Assembly: GCA_964607705.1 (NCBI GenBank) | Contig: CAZSLI010000002.1 | Location: forward strand, 2,791-66,790 | Source of the DNA: an uncultured Eubacteriales bacterium | Lineage (GTDB): Bacteria; Actinomycetota; Coriobacteriia; Anaerosomatales; PHET01 | Direction: 5' to 3' | DNA: 64,000 bases | In this document: positions 22,993-32,280 of the stretch, in pieces | Layout: each line of letters starts with the position of its first letter | Position numbering within the stretch: position 1 is the stretch's first letter | Translations under genes and position numbers: made by a program | Notes under the pieces: model-generated | The model's input: the letters and a program-made list of their open reading frames with translations, nothing else | The model's database searches: none | What the model was told of the DNA's origin: nothing

Positions 22993-23790
22993 TTAGAAGG
23001 CCGCGCCCTCCAGAGCATGCGCGCAGACGCACTCCCGCTCCCGCGGCAGGGCGGGGATCATGTGGTACAGCATGTCCTTGACCTTGCTGTTGTTCTCGGC
23101 GAAGACCCTGACCACGTCATCGTTGGTGACGGGGGCCGCATCTTCGGTTCCCGCGTCATAGTCAGTGATGAGCGAGATATTGCAGTAGCAGATCTCCAGC
23201 TCGCGGGCCAGATAGCACTCGGGGTACTGGGTCATGTTGATGACTTCCCAACCCTGAGAAGCGAACCACTTCGACTCGGACCGGGTGGAGAATCGAGGGC
23301 CCTGGATCACGACGACCGTGCCCTGAGGGTGCGCCGTGATACCGAGTTCTCCCGCGGTCCGCACGGCAACGTCCCGCATGGTGGGACAATATGGATCTGC
23401 CGACGACACATGCGTGGTGATGGGGCCGTCGTAGAACGTGTCCTTGCGGCCCCAAGTGCGGTCGACGAACTGGTCGCATATGACGAAGTGCCCCGGCTCG
23501 ACATCCTTTTGGAGCGAGCCACATGCGTTCGGGCCGATGATTCGCTCAACACCCAGCTGCTTCATCGCCCAGAGGTTCGCGCGGTAGTTGATCATGTGCG
23601 GCGGGAGGGAGTGATCCTTGCCGTGCCGCGGTAGGAAGGCGACGGTGCGTCCGCCGATGTCACCCACCATCACCGGTGAGGACGGCGCGCCGAACGGCGT
23701 GTTCATCCGATGCTCCTGCGGGTTGTCGAGCAGCTCGTAGAAGCCGCTGCCACCGAACACGCCGATCTCGGCCGAAGGTACTGCGGGCAT
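22993..23790 (-). CDS. mtnP: S-methyl-5'-thioadenosine phosphorylase
   Basis: 265 aa. GVFGGSGFY...FLPRHGKDHSLPPHMINYRANLWAMKQLGV... is the typical MTAP/PNP family 2 pattern. Confidence 0.9.
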   Translation of the reverse strand: MPAVPSAEIGVFGGSGFYELLDNPQEHRMNTPFGAPSSPVMVGDIGGRTVAFLPRHGKDHSLPPHMINYRANLWAMKQLGVERIIGPNACGSLQKDVEPGHFVICDQFVDRTWGRKDTFYDGPITTHVSSADPYCPTMRDVAVRTAGELGITAHPQGTVVVIQGPRFSTRSESKWFASQGWEVINMTQYPECYLARELEICYCNISLITDYDAGTEDAAPVTNDDVVRVFAENNSKVKDMLYHMIPALPRERECVCAHALEGAAF

Positions 23791-23875
23791 GTGGTGCCTC
23801 CAGGGTCAGTAGAGAATCTCAACGATGCAGTGTGTACTGCGATTCTATTCCATACCCTCGCGCTGCGCCCCAGCG

Positions 23876-24874
23876 TCACGCCGACTGTCGGTAGTGCTGA
23901 TCGTCGTCGGTCGGAGTCGATGGCGCGTCGTCCTCGACCGCTCTCGGCGCGTAGAGCGGGCGCCGAAAGAGGTTCGACGCCTCGGTCCAACGCTCTTCGA
24001 GAAGCGAGGCACCGCGCAACAACTGCGAGAATCCAGCCGCCTTGGCATCCAGGTTGTCTACGTGGTGGAGGAGCAGCGCTTCGAAGGTGGAAGGCCGCTT
24101 TGGTGCGCCCCACTCGAGTTCCCCGTGGTGCGAGAGCACGGCATGCTCGAGCCGCATGAGCTTCTCCCGATCGATCCGGGCCTTGCCTGCCGCCTGATGA
24201 AGACGCATGGCGCCCGAGACCACGTGCCCGACGAGTCGGCCACTGTCGGTGTAGCCGATCCCGGCTCCGACAGAAAGCTCGTCCACTTTCCCGATATCGT
24301 GCAGGAGGCTCGCCGCGATCAGCAAGCCCCTGTCGACGCCGTCGTAGCGCTCGGCGAGGGAGTCACACGTGGATGCCACATCGACCGTATGCTCCAGCAG
24401 CCCACCCGAGTAGGAATGGTGATAGCTCTGGGATGCCGGGCAGGCACAGAAGCTCTTGAAGAACTCGTTGTCGCCGAATACGGCACGCAGGAGTCGGCGC
24501 AAGTCCGGGTCATCGACCGAACGCACGAGATCGTTGAACCGAGCCACCAGCTCTCCGACAGGACGCACGCTTTGGCCGATCAGGTCCGCAGGATCCCAGT
24601 TGTCGGCAGGCCGGAGTTCGGATACCGAGATGCGGCGTACACCCCGGAATGTCGTTACCGTCCCATTCACGTGAACCACTGTCCCGGTCGGAACCGATGC
24701 CGCCTCGGCCTTGGGGCGGAAGTGCACGGCGGGGATCATGCCGGTCCTGTCGGCAAGTTCAAGCGCCAGATAGGCGTCTCCCGTGCGGGCGGCCCTCATC
24801 TCGCGACTTCTCAGAAGGAACGTCGCGTCGACGGTCGATCCTTCAACGAGTTCTGAGATGAATCTGGCCTTCAT
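23876..24874 (-). CDS. OB-fold/HD-domain 3'-5' exoribonuclease, YhaM-like
   Basis: The ATG at 24872-24874 follows GGAGGG. An N-terminal OB fold (LADRTGMIPAV.F) is followed by an HD domain (LLEHTVDV...LLHDIGK...SHHGELEWG). Confidence 0.8.
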   Translation of the reverse strand: MKARFISELVEGSTVDATFLLRSREMRAARTGDAYLALELADRTGMIPAVHFRPKAEAASVPTGTVVHVNGTVTTFRGVRRISVSELRPADNWDPADLIGQSVRPVGELVARFNDLVRSVDDPDLRRLLRAVFGDNEFFKSFCACPASQSYHHSYSGGLLEHTVDVASTCDSLAERYDGVDRGLLIAASLLHDIGKVDELSVGAGIGYTDSGRLVGHVVSGAMRLHQAAGKARIDREKLMRLEHAVLSHHGELEWGAPKRPSTFEALLLHHVDNLDAKAAGFSQLLRGASLLEERWTEASNLFRRPLYAPRAVEDDAPSTPTDDDQHYRQSA

Positions 24875-24929
24875 GGTATGCCCTCCGCCTCGCCGGTGTT
24901 CGGGCACACCGTAGCTCGACCCTCTGACA

Positions 24930-25736
24930 TCAGGTGGCGGGGCGGACCCTCACATGGGTGCCGGGCTCGGCGCCGTAGCGGTCGGCGGCATCCCCCGTGT
25001 TGACTGCAAGCGTGAGCCATCCAGAAGAATCAACTAGCAGGACCGGGTCACCATCGTCTACGTCGGAGAATGTCGTGCGGAAGGGGACCACCACGGCGTT
25101 GTGCCCCAGGCTGACCTCCAACCTGTCGACTCGCAGGCCGAGACCGTCAACGTCCTCGGCGGGGATGTTGAAACGCAATGAACCGAAACGGTCAGCTTCG
25201 ATGACCTCACCCGTCACGTACCCGGCCGCGACTTGGTGACGGCCGAAGGGCGCAGGCGCCAGTGAATCAGCGTCGAGGGGCGTGCCTAGGGAGGACGGGT
25301 CCACCCCGCAGGCCAGCGCGGCAGCCGCAGGCGCTAGGACGTCTCGAGCGTGGAAGGTCGCCAAGGGTCCTCGAAAGTCGATCTTGGTGGGGTCGATGGC
25401 GTACGCCTCGCTGATGCCGCCAGCCCGCCAAGACGCCGGGATCAGCACCCCGTTGTCAGGACCGACCAGTCGGGTGCCTTGGGCAGTCACCAAACAAAGG
25501 TCCTGCCGACCACCCCCCACACCCGGATCGATCACGACAAGGTGTATGGCCTCAGGCAGCTGGTAGACGCCGGCGGCCGCTATGGCGGCACCCTTCCTGA
25601 TGTCGAAGGGAGGTATCTGGTGGCCGAGATCTACGACGTGCGCCTGTGGACACGCACGATGGATGACCGCATGGCAGACACCGACCCACGCGTCCTCGAG
25701 TCCGAAATCCGAGACGAAGCTGATGATCGACTGCAT
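24930..25736 (-). CDS. SAM hydroxide adenosyltransferase (DUF62) family protein
   Basis: 268 aa. ISFVSDFGLEDAWVGVCHAVI and LVVIDPGVGG motifs of the chlorinase/fluorinase-like SAM hydrolase family. Confidence 0.85.
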   Translation of the reverse strand: MQSIISFVSDFGLEDAWVGVCHAVIHRACPQAHVVDLGHQIPPFDIRKGAAIAAAGVYQLPEAIHLVVIDPGVGGGRQDLCLVTAQGTRLVGPDNGVLIPASWRAGGISEAYAIDPTKIDFRGPLATFHARDVLAPAAAALACGVDPSSLGTPLDADSLAPAPFGRHQVAAGYVTGEVIEADRFGSLRFNIPAEDVDGLGLRVDRLEVSLGHNAVVVPFRTTFSDVDDGDPVLLVDSSGWLTLAVNTGDAADRYGAEPGTHVRVRPAT

Positions 25737-25809
25737 GCCTACCCTCTCTACAGGGCCGCCGTGGGTTTTCGACTACTATGACTGTAGTACCCGAGACCCG
25801 GAGGGGCGA

Positions 25810-26253
25810 ATGCCGCGGATTGCCAGAGTCCTCGCCGCAGTGCTGCTGGGCTTCACTCTGATCGTGGTCGCTGCCTGCCGGGCATCAGGCCCCGAATATG
25901 TCAGCAATGGCAAGTCGTACTCGGCCACCTCGGTAATGAGGCTGCTCGATACGAAAGGACCCGAGGGGGCCGCGGTTGACGCGAACGAGGCCACCGATAG
26001 GCGTCACGACGCCCTCACAGCTCTCAGGGCGCAAGGCGGCGGGGCCGCCAAGGCGGCGACGCTGATAACGGCGTCGCTCCCGGCTGAGACGCGCGGAGTG
26101 CCCTACTACGCGGAGTGGGCCACATTCGACTCAACGCCCGCCCTGGTCGTGCTCGAGGTCACCGGCCGCAAGGGCGGCCCCTTGGCGGACCGGCGGGTCT
26201 GGGTGCTCGATAAGACGGGAGCCGTGCTCTTCTCGGGCATGGGGCGCAACTAG
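25810..26253 (+). CDS. putative lipoprotein (147 aa)
   Basis: The ATG at 25810 follows GGAGGGG. The N-terminus MPRIARVLAAVLLGFTLIVVAACRAS is a signal peptide with a lipobox-like VAAC. The upstream part of the track ORF overlaps the DUF62 gene antisense. Confidence 0.55.
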   Translation: MPRIARVLAAVLLGFTLIVVAACRASGPEYVSNGKSYSATSVMRLLDTKGPEGAAVDANEATDRRHDALTALRAQGGGAAKAATLITASLPAETRGVPYYAEWATFDSTPALVVLEVTGRKGGPLADRRVWVLDKTGAVLFSGMGRN

Positions 26254-26660
26254 GCGCAGAGCTGTCGCCTGTACTCCTCGCGCACGACCGGAGCCAACGA
26301 GGCGGTCCAGCCGCGCTCGATCTCGGCCCAGATGGCCTTCCCATCACGACCCGAATCACTGAGATCGGCTATCACTGAATCGATGACAAGCCTTGCGGCC
26401 CCTTCGGTGGTCCCATGGAGAGTCACGAGCCTGCGCCGCACCACCGCATCGAAGTAGCGGGCGGCGCGGCGCTCAACTTCTTGTGAGTACGTCCGCCCCG
26501 AGAAAGTGCGCGCCGTGACCTCGGCGGCATAGCCCACCAATGACTCGGGGGCTCCGTAGCGCTCGCCGGTCTCCTGGCGTTGAGCATCAAGTAGCGCGGT
26601 GAGCGATCGATATCGAGTGATGGTTCCCATGCGACCCTCCTGCGTGAAGTTCTCACGCAC
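26250..26660 (-). CDS. hypothetical protein (126-136 aa)
   Basis: Track ORF with reasonable composition. No recognisable motif. An alternative start at 26630 gives MGTITRY... Confidence 0.5.
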   Translation of the reverse strand: MRENFTQEGRMGTITRYRSLTALLDAQRQETGERYGAPESLVGYAAEVTARTFSGRTYSQEVERRAARYFDAVVRRRLVTLHGTTEGAARLVIDSVIADLSDSGRDGKAIWAEIERGWTASLAPVVREEYRRQLCA

Positions 26661-26683
26661 AAGGTAGCGCTGGGGTCTGACAT

Positions 26684-26923
26684 CTACTCCATAGGGAAGA
26701 TGACGGCCATGTTCTCGCGGTTCACCGCGACATAGGGTGGCCTGAAGAGCTCTGCGCCGGTCGACGCATCGAAGACTACCGCGTCAGTCACGGCAAGGAA
26801 GTCCTTCGCCTTGGAGTTCAGAGCGTCGGTCAGCCGGCTTCCCGCCAGCACGTGGATGTCGCCCTCGATGCGCCAACTTGCGACGACCATGATGCAGCGG
26901 ACTTTGTCCTTCGACGTGTACAC
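26684..26923 (-). CDS. small conserved-looking hypothetical protein (79 aa)
   Basis: Beta-rich sequence WRIEGDIHVLAGSRLTDALNSKAKDFLAVTDAVVFD... I cannot name the family reliably. Confidence 0.55.
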   Translation of the reverse strand: MYTSKDKVRCIMVVASWRIEGDIHVLAGSRLTDALNSKAKDFLAVTDAVVFDASTGAELFRPPYVAVNRENMAVIFPME

Positions 26924-26983
26924 GGCGCTCCCTTCGCAGGCGTCTCACTGCGAATCTAACTCATATGGCAGAGAACGGAAATG

Positions 26984-27712
26984 CTAGCCGCCGAACCGGG
27001 ACGCCGCCACGAGGAGGATTGTGCGCAACTGCGCAGCCAGCGCCACCTCTGCAAACGACAACGCGAGGGCGATGGCAGCCGGTGTCATGACTTCAACGAT
27101 GCGAGAGGCTCTTCGATCGAAGGCAGGGAACATCGCCACGATCACGAGATTGATACAGGTGAGAGTGAAGAGTACCGAGAGCGCGATCATGACGGGATAG
27201 CCGACGCCAAGATGCGGCAGCACGTACAGGATGACGACATACGACACCGGGATCGCTACTAGCCACGTAGCGAATTTCCGTGCAGGGTCAAGCACACGCT
27301 GTACCGTCGACCGCCGCCACAGTTCGTCGTTGAGCATCGCGACGATGAGAACCGCCGCCGAGAACCCCACTCCGAGACCCGTGATGAGCCTCAGCTCGTT
27401 GGTTGTCGTTCGGAATCCCCCGTACGAGCTCACGCCGTCCCATCCCATCAGGGCGACGAAGACGCCCATCACCGCCCAGACGTAGCCCCTGGGGAAGTCC
27501 CGCGGCCGCTCATTGCGGTGAAGCAGTGTGATGAGGCAGAAGCTCACTACGAAGCCGAGATAGATACCTGTGTCGCGCGCGCAGACAGGTGCCTGCACCC
27601 CGCCACCGAAGAACGAGCGCTCGGGAAGCTGATGACACAGGCCGTAGCCGAACCACTGAAGCACGGATTCAAGCACGCCGAGTCCTTTGGAACGAAGAAC
27701 GGCGGACCGCAT
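26984..27712 (-). CDS. DUF2085-family membrane protein
   Basis: 242 aa. CHQLPERSFF...PVCARDTGIYLG followed by five or six TM helices. Confidence 0.75.
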   Translation of the reverse strand: MRSAVLRSKGLGVLESVLQWFGYGLCHQLPERSFFGGGVQAPVCARDTGIYLGFVVSFCLITLLHRNERPRDFPRGYVWAVMGVFVALMGWDGVSSYGGFRTTTNELRLITGLGVGFSAAVLIVAMLNDELWRRSTVQRVLDPARKFATWLVAIPVSYVVILYVLPHLGVGYPVMIALSVLFTLTCINLVIVAMFPAFDRRASRIVEVMTPAAIALALSFAEVALAAQLRTILLVAASRFGG

Positions 27713-27736
27713 GCGCGGCCCGCCGCTTCAGCCAGA

Positions 27737-27813
<77 letters not shown>

Positions 27814-27899
27814 GCGAGGCGCTATGCTAACACGCCCCCTGTGGCACGCCAAGCCCATCAGCGCAGGTCGGGTCGAGAAAGTCCATTCGACAACAGAAA

Positions 27900-27926
27900 G
27901 GGGGCCCGCCGACTCGGCGGGCCCCC
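27900..27926 (-). terminator. rho-independent terminator after the 24-haem cytochrome gene
   Basis: GGGGGCCCGCC-gact-(C)GGCGGGCCCCC, a perfect 11-bp stem 25 nt after the stop. It is followed on the minus strand by TTTCTGTTG. Confidence 0.6.
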
Positions 27927-27950
27927 TCTTTCACTCTGTGTGCCCGAGCG

Positions 27951-30104
27951 CTAGTTCAGCAGACCGCGCTTAGCCAGGTTCACGTGGCAGTTGGCGCAGA
28001 ACGTCGGCTGGTGGCAGTCGAAGCACGGATCGGCGCCGTTCTTCTTGACGATGTTCGGGTGGTAGCGAACCCACGGCTTGGTCGTCGAGGCACCCTCGTG
28101 GTGGCACGAGTTGCAGAAGTTCGGCTGGTGGCAGTTCGCGCAGGTCTTCTTATTGACCTTCTTCTCCGCGAACAGCTGAGCGTGCTGTCCACCGTTGTCC
28201 TTCGTGGGCTTCTCGCCTTCGGCAGGACCGAACCCGCTCGGGTGCGGCATCTCGAGCTTATGGCAGCTCGTGCAGAACTTGGCGTTCGGCAGCGTCGCGG
28301 CGTCACCCTTATGGCAGTACGTGCAGATCTCGCCGTCCTTGGTGTAGAGCTGGACGTGCTGCGCGTCCGTCGGGCTGAAGTCGCGAACGAACTTCTTCCC
28401 CTTGTGCGACGCAGGCACGACCTTGCGAGCGTTGTGACACTTAACGCAGTCGTCCTTGGTGTGGCACTTCTCGACACACGCACCTGCACCGTTCTTGTTC
28501 ACCGAACCGCCGTGAACCTTGAGCCACGGAGTAGAGGTCGACGATCCGACGTGGTGGCAGTTGCTGCACACTTCCTTGAACTGGTGGCAGTTCTGGCACG
28601 GCTTCGGATTCTTCTTGCTGCTCACGTGGTTCGTCTTGAACTCGGCCGGGTGAGGCATCTCCTGCTTGTGGCATGCCTTGCAGAACGGCGCGTTGGGGCC
28701 GCCCGGGCCGTGGCAGACCTCGCAGGACTCGATGGAGGCAAGGGCGCCGGTCGAGTGGCCCGCGGTCGGCTTCGCAGGAGACGAGCCATAGACGGTGAGC
28801 GCCTGTGGCGGCTTGCCGCGCGTCCAGGTCGAGCTCTTGTGGGAGTCGGGGAAGACCTTCTTGCCCGAGTGGCAATCCACGCAGAACTTGGTGGTGTGGC
28901 ACTGCGTCGTGCACGCCTTCACGCCACCCGCCTTGACGGCCTGCGGGTGCTGCTTGGTGGTCCAGTCCTCGGCCGGCTTGTATTCCCAGCCGCCCGCCTT
29001 CTCGCCGTGGTGGCACTTGTTGCAGAACTGCGGATCGGCCTTCGTGTGGCACATCTCGCACTTCTTCGGCTGTGCCTTCGAGATGACGGGGTGACCGTTC
29101 GGATCCTTGGGATCCTTGGGCTCCTTGAACTCGGCCGGGTGAGGCATAGGCATACCGTGGCAGTCGTTGCAGAACTGCTCGGTATGGCAGGTCGCGCAGT
29201 AGAAGACGCTCTCGACGCTCGGGAGCTCCTCGCCGATGCTCACAGTCTGCGAGCCGGCGTTCTCCTCCTGCTCCTTGATGACCTCGTTGACGTCCTTGGG
29301 AGCTTCGGCGGCTTCTTCGCCCTCAGCCGAAACAGACTCGGACGCGGCCTTGTCGGCCTCGGCCTTGAACTCCTTGGCCATCTCGGCGTGGTTCTTCGGC
29401 AGGAAGCCGGGCTGCTTGTGGCTCGGCGGAACGAGATCGAAGCCGGCCGGGTGACATGCGGCGCAGGCGCCCGGGGCAGCGGCCTCCTTCTCGAGGCTGT
29501 GACAGCGGAAGCAAGCGGTCATCGACATGAAGTTCGCGTGCTTCTCGGACTTCTCGCCGCCCTGCTTCTCCGGGTTGCTCAGTGAGGGCTCCCAGTCGCC
29601 GCTCTCGTTGTGAGCGATGCGGTTGTGGCAGACCGGACACGCGGCATTGATCTCCGAGTGAGCCTCGTGGTCGATCTTGATTCCCGGATTGGTGCTCACC
29701 TGCCTCGTGCTGAGGTTGTGGCACTGAACGCACTGCCTGCTGACCATCGTGAGCGACACTTCGCTCTCGGCGTTCAGCGGCAGCTCGTAGTTGTCGGTGA
29801 CCGTCATATACAACTCGCCCAAGGCCTCAGCCTTGTGCAGGATGAAGATGACCGGGTTGGCACCCACAGGCATGTGGCACGCCATGCAGCTGATCTCTGA
29901 GTGAGATGACCGCTGATAGGCGGTGATCGTGTCGTCCTGCACCTTGTGGCACCCCTCGGCGCAGAACCAACGAGTCGAAGTCACCCCCAGCGCAACGATC
30001 ATGACGGCGGCCAGCACCAAGACTGCAACACCAGTCCAGATGATGTACCTCGGCCGCCGAGCCGGATCTTTGAATCCGGCCAGTGAGATCTTGGCCATAT
30101 GCAT
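27951..30104 (-). CDS. membrane-anchored 24-haem c-type cytochrome (NapC/NirT/NrfH-like N-terminus fused to a triplicated hexahaem module)
   Basis: 717 aa with one N-terminal TM helix. I count 21 CxxCH and 3 CxxxCH motifs. The first about 170 aa (..FCAEGCH..SCMACH..CVQCH..CPVCHNRIAH) look NapC/NrfH-like. The second ATG (30098) has better RBS spacing. Confidence 0.9.
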   Translation of the reverse strand: MHMAKISLAGFKDPARRPRYIIWTGVAVLVLAAVMIVALGVTSTRWFCAEGCHKVQDDTITAYQRSSHSEISCMACHMPVGANPVIFILHKAEALGELYMTVTDNYELPLNAESEVSLTMVSRQCVQCHNLSTRQVSTNPGIKIDHEAHSEINAACPVCHNRIAHNESGDWEPSLSNPEKQGGEKSEKHANFMSMTACFRCHSLEKEAAAPGACAACHPAGFDLVPPSHKQPGFLPKNHAEMAKEFKAEADKAASESVSAEGEEAAEAPKDVNEVIKEQEENAGSQTVSIGEELPSVESVFYCATCHTEQFCNDCHGMPMPHPAEFKEPKDPKDPNGHPVISKAQPKKCEMCHTKADPQFCNKCHHGEKAGGWEYKPAEDWTTKQHPQAVKAGGVKACTTQCHTTKFCVDCHSGKKVFPDSHKSSTWTRGKPPQALTVYGSSPAKPTAGHSTGALASIESCEVCHGPGGPNAPFCKACHKQEMPHPAEFKTNHVSSKKNPKPCQNCHQFKEVCSNCHHVGSSTSTPWLKVHGGSVNKNGAGACVEKCHTKDDCVKCHNARKVVPASHKGKKFVRDFSPTDAQHVQLYTKDGEICTYCHKGDAATLPNAKFCTSCHKLEMPHPSGFGPAEGEKPTKDNGGQHAQLFAEKKVNKKTCANCHQPNFCNSCHHEGASTTKPWVRYHPNIVKKNGADPCFDCHQPTFCANCHVNLAKRGLLN
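27954..29207 (-). repeat. three tandem coding repeats (hexahaem modules, about aa 300-455, 456-590, 591-717)
   Basis: Each copy has three paired motifs. Pair A is CxxCH..FCxxCH followed by (E)MPHP(A/S)(E/G)F. Pair B is CxxCH..(F/V)CxxCHH(G/E/V). Pair C is C(x3 or x2)CH..(F/D)CxxCH. The MPHPAEFK / MPHPAEFK / MPHPSGF landmarks recur at aa 320, 483 and 619. Confidence 0.8.
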
Positions 30105-30178
30105 CTTCTCCTTGCTCAGGTGTCCCGACCCGCGTGTGAAAACAGCGGTCCCCTCCCGCTATCCATCATGAGAACGAT

Positions 30179-30220
30179 ATAAGAATGCGGGGCTACCCAC
30201 AACAGAGGGGCATAAGAATG
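30179..30220. promoter_or_regulatory. AT-rich region with a 9-nt direct repeat upstream of the 24-haem cytochrome gene
   Basis: ATAAGAATG occurs at 30179-30187 and again at 30212-30220 (33-nt period). This is the most AT-rich stretch I saw in the window. A possible minus-strand promoter is TTGTGG-N16-TATATC. Confidence 0.3.
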
Positions 30221-30272
30221 GTTTAGGTATTTTCTCGCCTGGGCGGCCGTACGAAAGAGCCGAGTGGCGCCT

Positions 30273-30734
30273 CTACGCTCGGACAGCGAGAATCAACGAG
30301 ACCTCTACCGGGGCACCGAGCGGAAGTTCCGCCACGCCGACTGCCTCGCGGGCGTGCATCCCCGCATCACCAAAGGCGGCGACAAGCACCTCGCTCGCAC
30401 CATCGATAGCCTGCGGCTGCGCAGTGAAACCGGGTGACGAAGCAACGTAGCCCGTCAGTTTGATGGCATACACCACATCGTCGAGGTCGCAGACGGTGGC
30501 TGCGGCAGCCAAAGCATTGAGGCAACACTGCCGTGCGCACTCCCGTGCCTGTTCCAGAGTGACCCCATCGCCGACGTGCCCCGCCGCAAGGAGCGCTCCG
30601 GCCTGCATCGGCAACTGTCCGGCGGTGAATACCATCGATCCCGTACTCACTGCAGGGACGTAGGAACCTGCGGGCCTGGGTGGCTCGGGCAGCACCAAGC
30701 CGGCAGCGGCGAGCCTGTCCTTGACCGTCGCCAC
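30273..30734 (-). CDS. RidA/YjgF-family reactive-intermediate deaminase
   Basis: 153 aa. LPEPPRPAGSYVPAV...VFTAGQLP... and the C-terminal ..ELPLGAPVEV.. pattern of the YjgF/UK114 family. Confidence 0.88.
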   Translation of the reverse strand: MATVKDRLAAAGLVLPEPPRPAGSYVPAVSTGSMVFTAGQLPMQAGALLAAGHVGDGVTLEQARECARQCCLNALAAAATVCDLDDVVYAIKLTGYVASSPGFTAQPQAIDGASEVLVAAFGDAGMHAREAVGVAELPLGAPVEVSLILAVRA

Positions 30735-30736
30735 GA

Positions 30737-31894
30737 CTAGCGCACCAAGGTGTCGGCCAGGCGGTTGAGCTCCGTGATGACGGCCTGGATCTGCCGAGAC
30801 GACTCGGCCGACTGTGTGGAGACCTGCGCCATCTCGCGCATGGACACGACCACCTGGTCGGATGCCGTGCGCTGCTGCTGGGTGGCGATGGAGATCTGCT
30901 TTGCCGAGTCGGTCGTCTCTTCGACCTGCGAGACGATCCGGTCGAGGGCGTCGGCCGTCCGACGTGCGAGCGCCTTGCCCTCGTCCACCTTCTTCTGCGC
31001 CTTCTCGGTCGACATGACGAGGGAGCTCGCGCTCGACTGGATCTCTCGGACGACGCGACCGATCTCAGAGGTCGACTCGGTGACCGAGTCGGCGAGCTTG
31101 CGGATCTCCTCGGCGACGACGGCGAAACCCTTGCCCGCCTCACCGGCGCGCGCAGCCTCGATGGCCGCGTTCAGTGCGAGGATCTTGGTCTGCTCGGCGA
31201 TGTCGTCGATGATGACGAGCACTCGCCCGATCTCCTGGCTGCGCTCGCCGAGCTGGAGGATCCGGTCGGACGCGGCCTGCGTCGTCTCACGTATCTCGTC
31301 GATGCCGGTGGCAGTGTCTGCGACCGACTGCATGCCCTCCTCGGCGCTCGCGAGAGTGCGCTCGGCGATGGTGGCGACGGCCTGCGAGTTGTCGGCGATC
31401 TGCTTCGAGGTCTGGGCGAGCTCCTCGAGCGTGGCGGATGTCTCGGTGACTGCGGCTGCCTGCTGGGCGGCCCCCGATGCCTGCTGCTCGGTAGCCGCGA
31501 GCACTTCAGTCGTCAGGCTGCGCACGTCGTTGTTGACGGCCTTCGCCTGGTTGAGCATGCCGGTGACGTCGCCGAAGAGCCTGAGGACCTCATCCTGCAG
31601 GTCGTCGCAGTCTCCACGAGAGTCGACCGCGATCCCCATGCGCTCATGAGCTTGGGTGAGGACGCCGACGAACATGGACTCGCCCACCCGTGCAGCGACG
31701 ATAGCGCACGCCACTCCGAGACCCGCACCTGCAACAAGGCACAGCGCCCAGAAGACGATCCATGAGGTGGTGCTTTGCGCATCGACGAAGAAACTCGCCA
31801 CGAGGGGGAAGGCGATACCCACGATGACTCCGGCGCCGCCCATGTAAAGAACCAGCTTGCGCCGAGTCTTGCCCCTACCGCGTTGCTGCGCCAC
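30737..31894 (-). CDS. methyl-accepting chemotaxis protein with two TM helices and no sizeable sensor domain
   Basis: Conserved MA signalling hairpin ([35 protein letters not shown]). Two TM helices are separated by about 8 residues. I place the start at GTG 31894 after GAGGGG. The track ORF extends to 31984. Confidence 0.85.
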   Translation of the reverse strand: MAQQRGRGKTRRKLVLYMGGAGVIVGIAFPLVASFFVDAQSTTSWIVFWALCLVAGAGLGVACAIVAARVGESMFVGVLTQAHERMGIAVDSRGDCDDLQDEVLRLFGDVTGMLNQAKAVNNDVRSLTTEVLAATEQQASGAAQQAAAVTETSATLEELAQTSKQIADNSQAVATIAERTLASAEEGMQSVADTATGIDEIRETTQAASDRILQLGERSQEIGRVLVIIDDIAEQTKILALNAAIEAARAGEAGKGFAVVAEEIRKLADSVTESTSEIGRVVREIQSSASSLVMSTEKAQKKVDEGKALARRTADALDRIVSQVEETTDSAKQISIATQQQRTASDQVVVSMREMAQVSTQSAESSRQIQAVITELNRLADTLVR

Positions 31895-32070
31895 GTGCCC
31901 CTCATTTCCCCTGCCGACCGTCCAGCACATAGTAGCAGCGTGATGGCAGCACGGCAGCGACGGCGTTCCACTGCTTGGATTCATCGGTGCGCACCCGTTG
32001 CCAAACGATACCCCATGGGGTATATTCCGACAGCGAACGATGCGGCGGACACCAGGACGGCAGGAGGCCC

Positions 32071-32271
32071 ATGTCAGTCAAGATCGAGAACACGAGATGC
32101 GACCGCTCCCCCGGCTGCCCCGCTCGTCGGGCGTGCCCGCGAGGGGCTATCATTCCGATAGCCGGAGGGGCGTATCCTGGAGCCAACGGGTACACGGTTA
32201 TCGAAGACAAATGCACCGGGTGTGGCGTGTGCGCGCGCGTATGCGCGGGTGGCGCCGTCAATCTTCAATAG
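32071..32271 (+). CDS. small ferredoxin-like 4Fe-4S protein (66 aa)
   Basis: The inner ATG follows [17 protein letters not shown] (CxxCxxCxxxC) plus an atypical N-terminal [14 protein letters not shown] cysteine set. Confidence 0.7.
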   Translation: MSVKIENTRCDRSPGCPARRACPRGAIIPIAGGAYPGANGYTVIEDKCTGCGVCARVCAGGAVNLQ

Positions 32272-32280
32272 GAGGAACCG

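Noticed and set aside
27984-29585. 533-aa plus-strand ORF, and other long antisense or off-frame ORFs (e.g. 135-1295, 1917-3146, 8257-9252, 15543-17084, 35154-36134, 61537-62841).
   Set aside because: All overlap well-supported genes (cytochromes, EF-Tu, CysS, ClpC/RadA, PBP1A) in other frames. They have Arg/Ala/Pro/Gly-dominated composition without motifs. They are GC-driven open frames, not genes.
30135-30140. TGTGAA, a half-site of the Rex operator (TTGTGAA-N-TTCACAA type), upstream of the 24-haem cytochrome gene.
   Set aside because: No matching TTCACA half-site lies at an appropriate distance, and a single hexamer is expected by chance.
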